Assembly (NCBI GenBank): GCA_963777605.1
Contig: CAVZRV010000007.1
Location: 768,001-832,000, forward strand
Length of the DNA: 64,000 nt
Source: an uncultured Acidobacteriota bacterium
GTDB taxonomy: Bacteria > Acidobacteriota > UBA6911 > RPQK01 > JAPXNP01
Reading direction: 5' to 3'
The first letter of the stretch is position 1. Every line of letters starts with the position of its first letter. Positions 60,745 through 64,000 of the stretch are shown here, in pieces. A program made the translations under genes and the position numbers. Below the pieces are notes generated by a model, which made no database searches, was not told where the DNA came from, and saw only the letters and a list, made by a program, of their open reading frames with translations.

Positions 60745-61763
60745 ACGCCCAACTCGGCTTTTGCCTTTGCCAGCACCTGGTCCAATCCGTCGAGAGAATT
60801 GTTGTTTCGGGGCTTGTAGAGCTGTTCAAGGTACTGCCTGGCTTTGGCTGCGGTCGTCTTGTTCAAGACCACGGCCTTGGCAAACGCTGCCTGGGCCGCG
60901 TCCAATTCCTGCTGTTTCCAGTAGGCCAATCCCATGCCGAGATAGGCACCGTCATTCTGCGGATCGAGTTTCAGCACTTCCTGATAGGACTTGATCACGG
61001 CAGGCCAATTCTGCGCATTCCAGGCCGCGGTGGCACTCAACTGATAGGAGGCTTCCTTGACCGCGTTCCATTGCGCCGCCTTCCAGCCGTCCGGGGGAGT
61101 GGTCGGATAGGCCTGGAGGGCCATGTTGTAATACTTGCGCGCGTTTGCCGTGTCATTCTTCTGGCGATACTGGTCGCCCAGGAAGACAACGTAGTTGATC
61201 GCCTTCTTGGGCCCAAGAGCGTCAACCAGTTTCGGAGCCAGTTCCAGCACCTTGGCGTTATTGTTGGTGCTCTGGTAGGCCTGCGTCAGCATGGCCAGCA
61301 CCTGCACATCATTCGGCGCCGTGGCACGCATCTTCTCGCCCACCTCAATGACTTTGGACCAGTTCTTTCCATCGTAAGCAGTCTTCAGCTGCTGACCCAA
61401 AAGGGCATCGCTCTTGGGGAACCATTTCAGCATCTTCTGGGTCAAAGCGTTCGCCTGCGCCGTCATGCCTTTCTTCTGGTATTCCTCCAGGATCTGCCCA
61501 AAATAGGCCTCCATATATTCCCGGATCTTCGCCTCAGGTTGAAGCTTCTGATAGTAGGCCGTCAGCTTCTGCTCCCTCTGGGCCAAGTCGGGAGTCTTCA
61601 TGATTTCCTGGACCTGGTCATACTGCTTGCGGTAGACAAAGTCTGAACCCGCCGGGATACCTTCCGCCGAAAAGGGTTCCTGCCCATACAGAGGAGATCC
61701 GAGCACCACGGCACTGACTATCAGAGCCAGAATGATAAATTGCTTTCTCACGGTCATCGACAT
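60741..61763 (-). CDS. Secreted TPR protein
   Basis: Signal peptide and TPR-like helical repeats. Confidence 0.8.
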   Translation of the reverse strand: MSMTVRKQFIILALIVSAVVLGSPLYGQEPFSAEGIPAGSDFVYRKQYDQVQEIMKTPDLAQREQKLTAYYQKLQPEAKIREYMEAYFGQILEEYQKKGMTAQANALTQKMLKWFPKSDALLGQQLKTAYDGKNWSKVIEVGEKMRATAPNDVQVLAMLTQAYQSTNNNAKVLELAPKLVDALGPKKAINYVVFLGDQYRQKNDTANARKYYNMALQAYPTTPPDGWKAAQWNAVKEASYQLSATAAWNAQNWPAVIKSYQEVLKLDPQNDGAYLGMGLAYWKQQELDAAQAAFAKAVVLNKTTAAKARQYLEQLYKPRNNNSLDGLDQVLAKAKAELGV

Positions 61764-61857
61764 TTTCCGTCCTTATAAAGCTTTAAAATCTCGGTTTGCA
61801 CAGCGGCAAGAGGACAACTGGTCATTTTAAAGAGGGCCATTAGACTTGGCAAGTCAA

Positions 61858-62745
61858 TCAAGTCCAGCCTCCTTCACAAGCGCGATGGAGGGGGAGCGTC
61901 AAACAGGTCGGACCTCCTTCTGCTTTCAGGGAAATCTCTTTCCCTTGATAGGTTAGCACCTCACATCCTTCACTCTCGAGGGCAGCGCGCACCCGGTGGT
62001 TTCCAGCCAGCATCAGGCAGCGGCCTCCGCCCAGCGACAATATGTTGGTTCCCATCGACATGAACTCCTCTTCCACGACCGGAATGCAGCGAATTCCCCG
62101 GCTCGACAAAACCTGCCAAAGAGCCGTCGGCAAAAGAGGAAGGTACCCAACTGCAAGATCCTGACGGACCAGGCTGATCAGGGACAAAAGGTGCAGGCAG
62201 GCCTCGGGCCCCTGGAAACAGGGCAGGTCGAAGGACAGCACCCGAACTCCCCAAGCAGCCAACAGGCAGGTCAACTGGTCGATCCCGTGGCGATTGGTTC
62301 GAAACCCGATCCCGGCAGCCAGGGTCTGCGAGTCAAGCCAAAACAAGTCTCCCCCTTCGACGGTCCCGGGAGATTCGATTCTTCCCAAAGTCGGAATCCC
62401 CAGCGTCTCGAGTCGCCGGGCCAATGCCGGCTCTTCCCCACGGCGCAGGCTCTTGCCCATGCGGAGAATCACTGCACCAAAGTCGGTCACCAGCACGGGA
62501 TCGTAAACAAAAATTGAGTCGGAAAGTCCCGGCAGCGATTCGTCGTGGAAGACAACTTCGACACCCTGGTCCCGAAGGATTTCAGTCAGGTGGCCATGCT
62601 CCGCCGTGGCAACCTCCAGGCAAGGCTGGGACAGGTAATGCCAGCGGGTGGGGTCAGCCGACCCGAATGCTTCGTTCGGAGGACGCACCAGGACCCTCTC
62701 GAGAGCACAAGTCGAACTCTGTCCGCCAAATCGCGCCGGCGCCAA
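61858..62745 (-). CDS. Amidinotransferase/DDAH-arginine deiminase family protein
   Basis: DSIFVYD, RRGE, EGGD, HL, GGPTCLT with the catalytic Cys. Confidence 0.88.
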   Translation of the reverse strand: MAPARFGGQSSTCALERVLVRPPNEAFGSADPTRWHYLSQPCLEVATAEHGHLTEILRDQGVEVVFHDESLPGLSDSIFVYDPVLVTDFGAVILRMGKSLRRGEEPALARRLETLGIPTLGRIESPGTVEGGDLFWLDSQTLAAGIGFRTNRHGIDQLTCLLAAWGVRVLSFDLPCFQGPEACLHLLSLISLVRQDLAVGYLPLLPTALWQVLSSRGIRCIPVVEEEFMSMGTNILSLGGGRCLMLAGNHRVRAALESEGCEVLTYQGKEISLKAEGGPTCLTLPLHRACEGGWT

Positions 62746-62753
62746 GGGTATCT

Positions 62754-63644
62754 TCAGCCTCGCAACACTGAGTTCAGACGCGTGATCGTGTCGTCCACCT
62801 GATCGGGCTTCTCAAAGCCGATCGTCATCGCACTGACCAGGTTCTTGCCCCAGACATAACGAAGAGATTGCTCTCTCTGATCAGGTTCAACCAGTTGCCC
62901 GGCTCCGTAGATCTTCATCCCGACCACGGCCTTGCCGTTGTCCCGGGCCCGCTGCAGGACCTGGGCAACCCGGTTGGGATCACTGTGATCCATGACCTTC
63001 GCCTTGTTGTTGATCCGGGCAAAAATCACATCGACCCAAGGATGCTGCGAGGCAACCTCAAGCGCACCCAGGTCGTGACACGATACCCCGGTTGCCCGAA
63101 TGGCCCCTTTCTGCTTCAGTTCACTCAACTCGTCCCGCATGCGTTCCAGTTGCGTCGGCCAGTCGGATTTGGTGACGCAATGAATCAGGCAGATATCGAT
63201 CATGTCGACGCCCAACTCACGACGGAACCGGTCCACTGCCGGAATGGCGCGATCGGTGGGTTCCATGCCGGCTCCTTCGGCAAACCAGATCTTGGAAAGG
63301 AGGGTGAGCTTGTCGCGCCCGATCTCTTTAATGATCGGATTCATGAAGTGGTGGGATCCGTAGAGGTCGGCCATGTCGAAGAAGTTAAGGCCACTGTCGT
63401 AGCCGTGCCGGATGAGCCGGGTAAACTCGGCCTGCCCGAGGCGGACCTGCGCCGATGAATGGCCCGATCCGTTGAAGCCGGTTCCCATTGCCACACGGGA
63501 AGCCTTGATCCCGGTGGACCCGAGAGAGACGCGATCTGTGGAACTGGGGACGGAGCCGAGAACTTGCGTCCAGGGCAGCAGGCCTGCCGCCGTGGCACCC
63601 GCGACCGAGTTCCGTAAAAACGTTCGTCGATTCAGCTTTTCCAC
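62754..63644 (-). CDS. Aldo/keto reductase with a Tat signal
   Basis: NRRTFL twin-arginine signal; FFDMADLYG, SK, LIHC, GVSCH, GMKIYGAG. Confidence 0.88.
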   Translation of the reverse strand: MEKLNRRTFLRNSVAGATAAGLLPWTQVLGSVPSSTDRVSLGSTGIKASRVAMGTGFNGSGHSSAQVRLGQAEFTRLIRHGYDSGLNFFDMADLYGSHHFMNPIIKEIGRDKLTLLSKIWFAEGAGMEPTDRAIPAVDRFRRELGVDMIDICLIHCVTKSDWPTQLERMRDELSELKQKGAIRATGVSCHDLGALEVASQHPWVDVIFARINNKAKVMDHSDPNRVAQVLQRARDNGKAVVGMKIYGAGQLVEPDQREQSLRYVWGKNLVSAMTIGFEKPDQVDDTITRLNSVLRG

Positions 63645-63749
63645 GTTTTGATCTCCTGGAGGATTGGGGGGTTTGGATCACCTTAGCATGAGCGTGGAAT
63701 GGGTTTCAAACAGAACCTTTTCAGTCATTAAGCTAAACTAGGAGGAGCA

Positions 63750-64000
63750 ATGGTTCGTACTCCCGTCAAGGAAACGTGGCTTTCACGTGAACCGCAGGAC
63801 AACAGCGGTCTGGTCGCGGTGCTGGCAACGCTGGCGGTCCTCCTCGTATCGGTGATGTGTTGGCGGGACCCGCGTCTCTTCACTCTCCTCGCCGCCGATT
63901 CGATCAAAGTCTTCAAGGAGCACGAGTACTGGCGAGTGTTTTCCGCCCTGTTCGTCCACGCCGACATGCGCCACTTCCTGGCCAATGCCGTTTTGTTCTC
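63750..64000 (+). CDS. Rhomboid-family intramembrane protease (partial, runs off the window)
   Basis: AGGAGGAG RBS; translation includes EYWRVFSALFVHADMRHFLAN; not in the supplied ORF track. Confidence 0.8.
   Translation, partial: MVRTPVKETWLSREPQDNSGLVAVLATLAVLLVSVMCWRDPRLFTLLAADSIKVFKEHEYWRVFSALFVHADMRHFLANAVLF

Overview
A GC-rich, gene-dense bacterial chromosomal segment. Its gene content and order point to Acidobacteriota (inferred from the acidobacterial-type VWA protein, the Hfq paralog, the PDZ-GAF-PAS kinase and grpE-dnaJ without an adjacent dnaK). Most of it is housekeeping: grpE-dnaJ-prmA-rsmE, class II RNR nrdJ with tandem NrdR boxes, yggS, tmk-holB-PSP1, hfq-like, pepA, smpB, three glycosyltransferases, eno, pta, exbB-exbD-exbD-TPR, a sigma54 two-component pair, gltX-rlmB, ntrY/ntrX-like, xerC, rpsO-pnp-larB-mutS2-dnaG-rpoD and tRNA-Ile2(CAT). 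No prophage, CRISPR array or intact transposase was seen. The best candidate for a new system is a polyphosphate locus (sixA / ppk1 / ParA-family ATPase / CYTH-like+CHAD). There, a ParA ATPase with no ParB partner in the window sits directly behind a polyP-binding CHAD protein, which suggests active positioning of polyP granules. Also notable are a small family of 30-70 bp IS630-like inverted-repeat elements sitting exactly on TAG stop codons, a sigma54 promoter with tandem palindromic enhancer-like sites, several apparently leaderless genes, and two +1 frameshifts that may be assembly errors. All product calls come from motif recognition by eye, not database searches.
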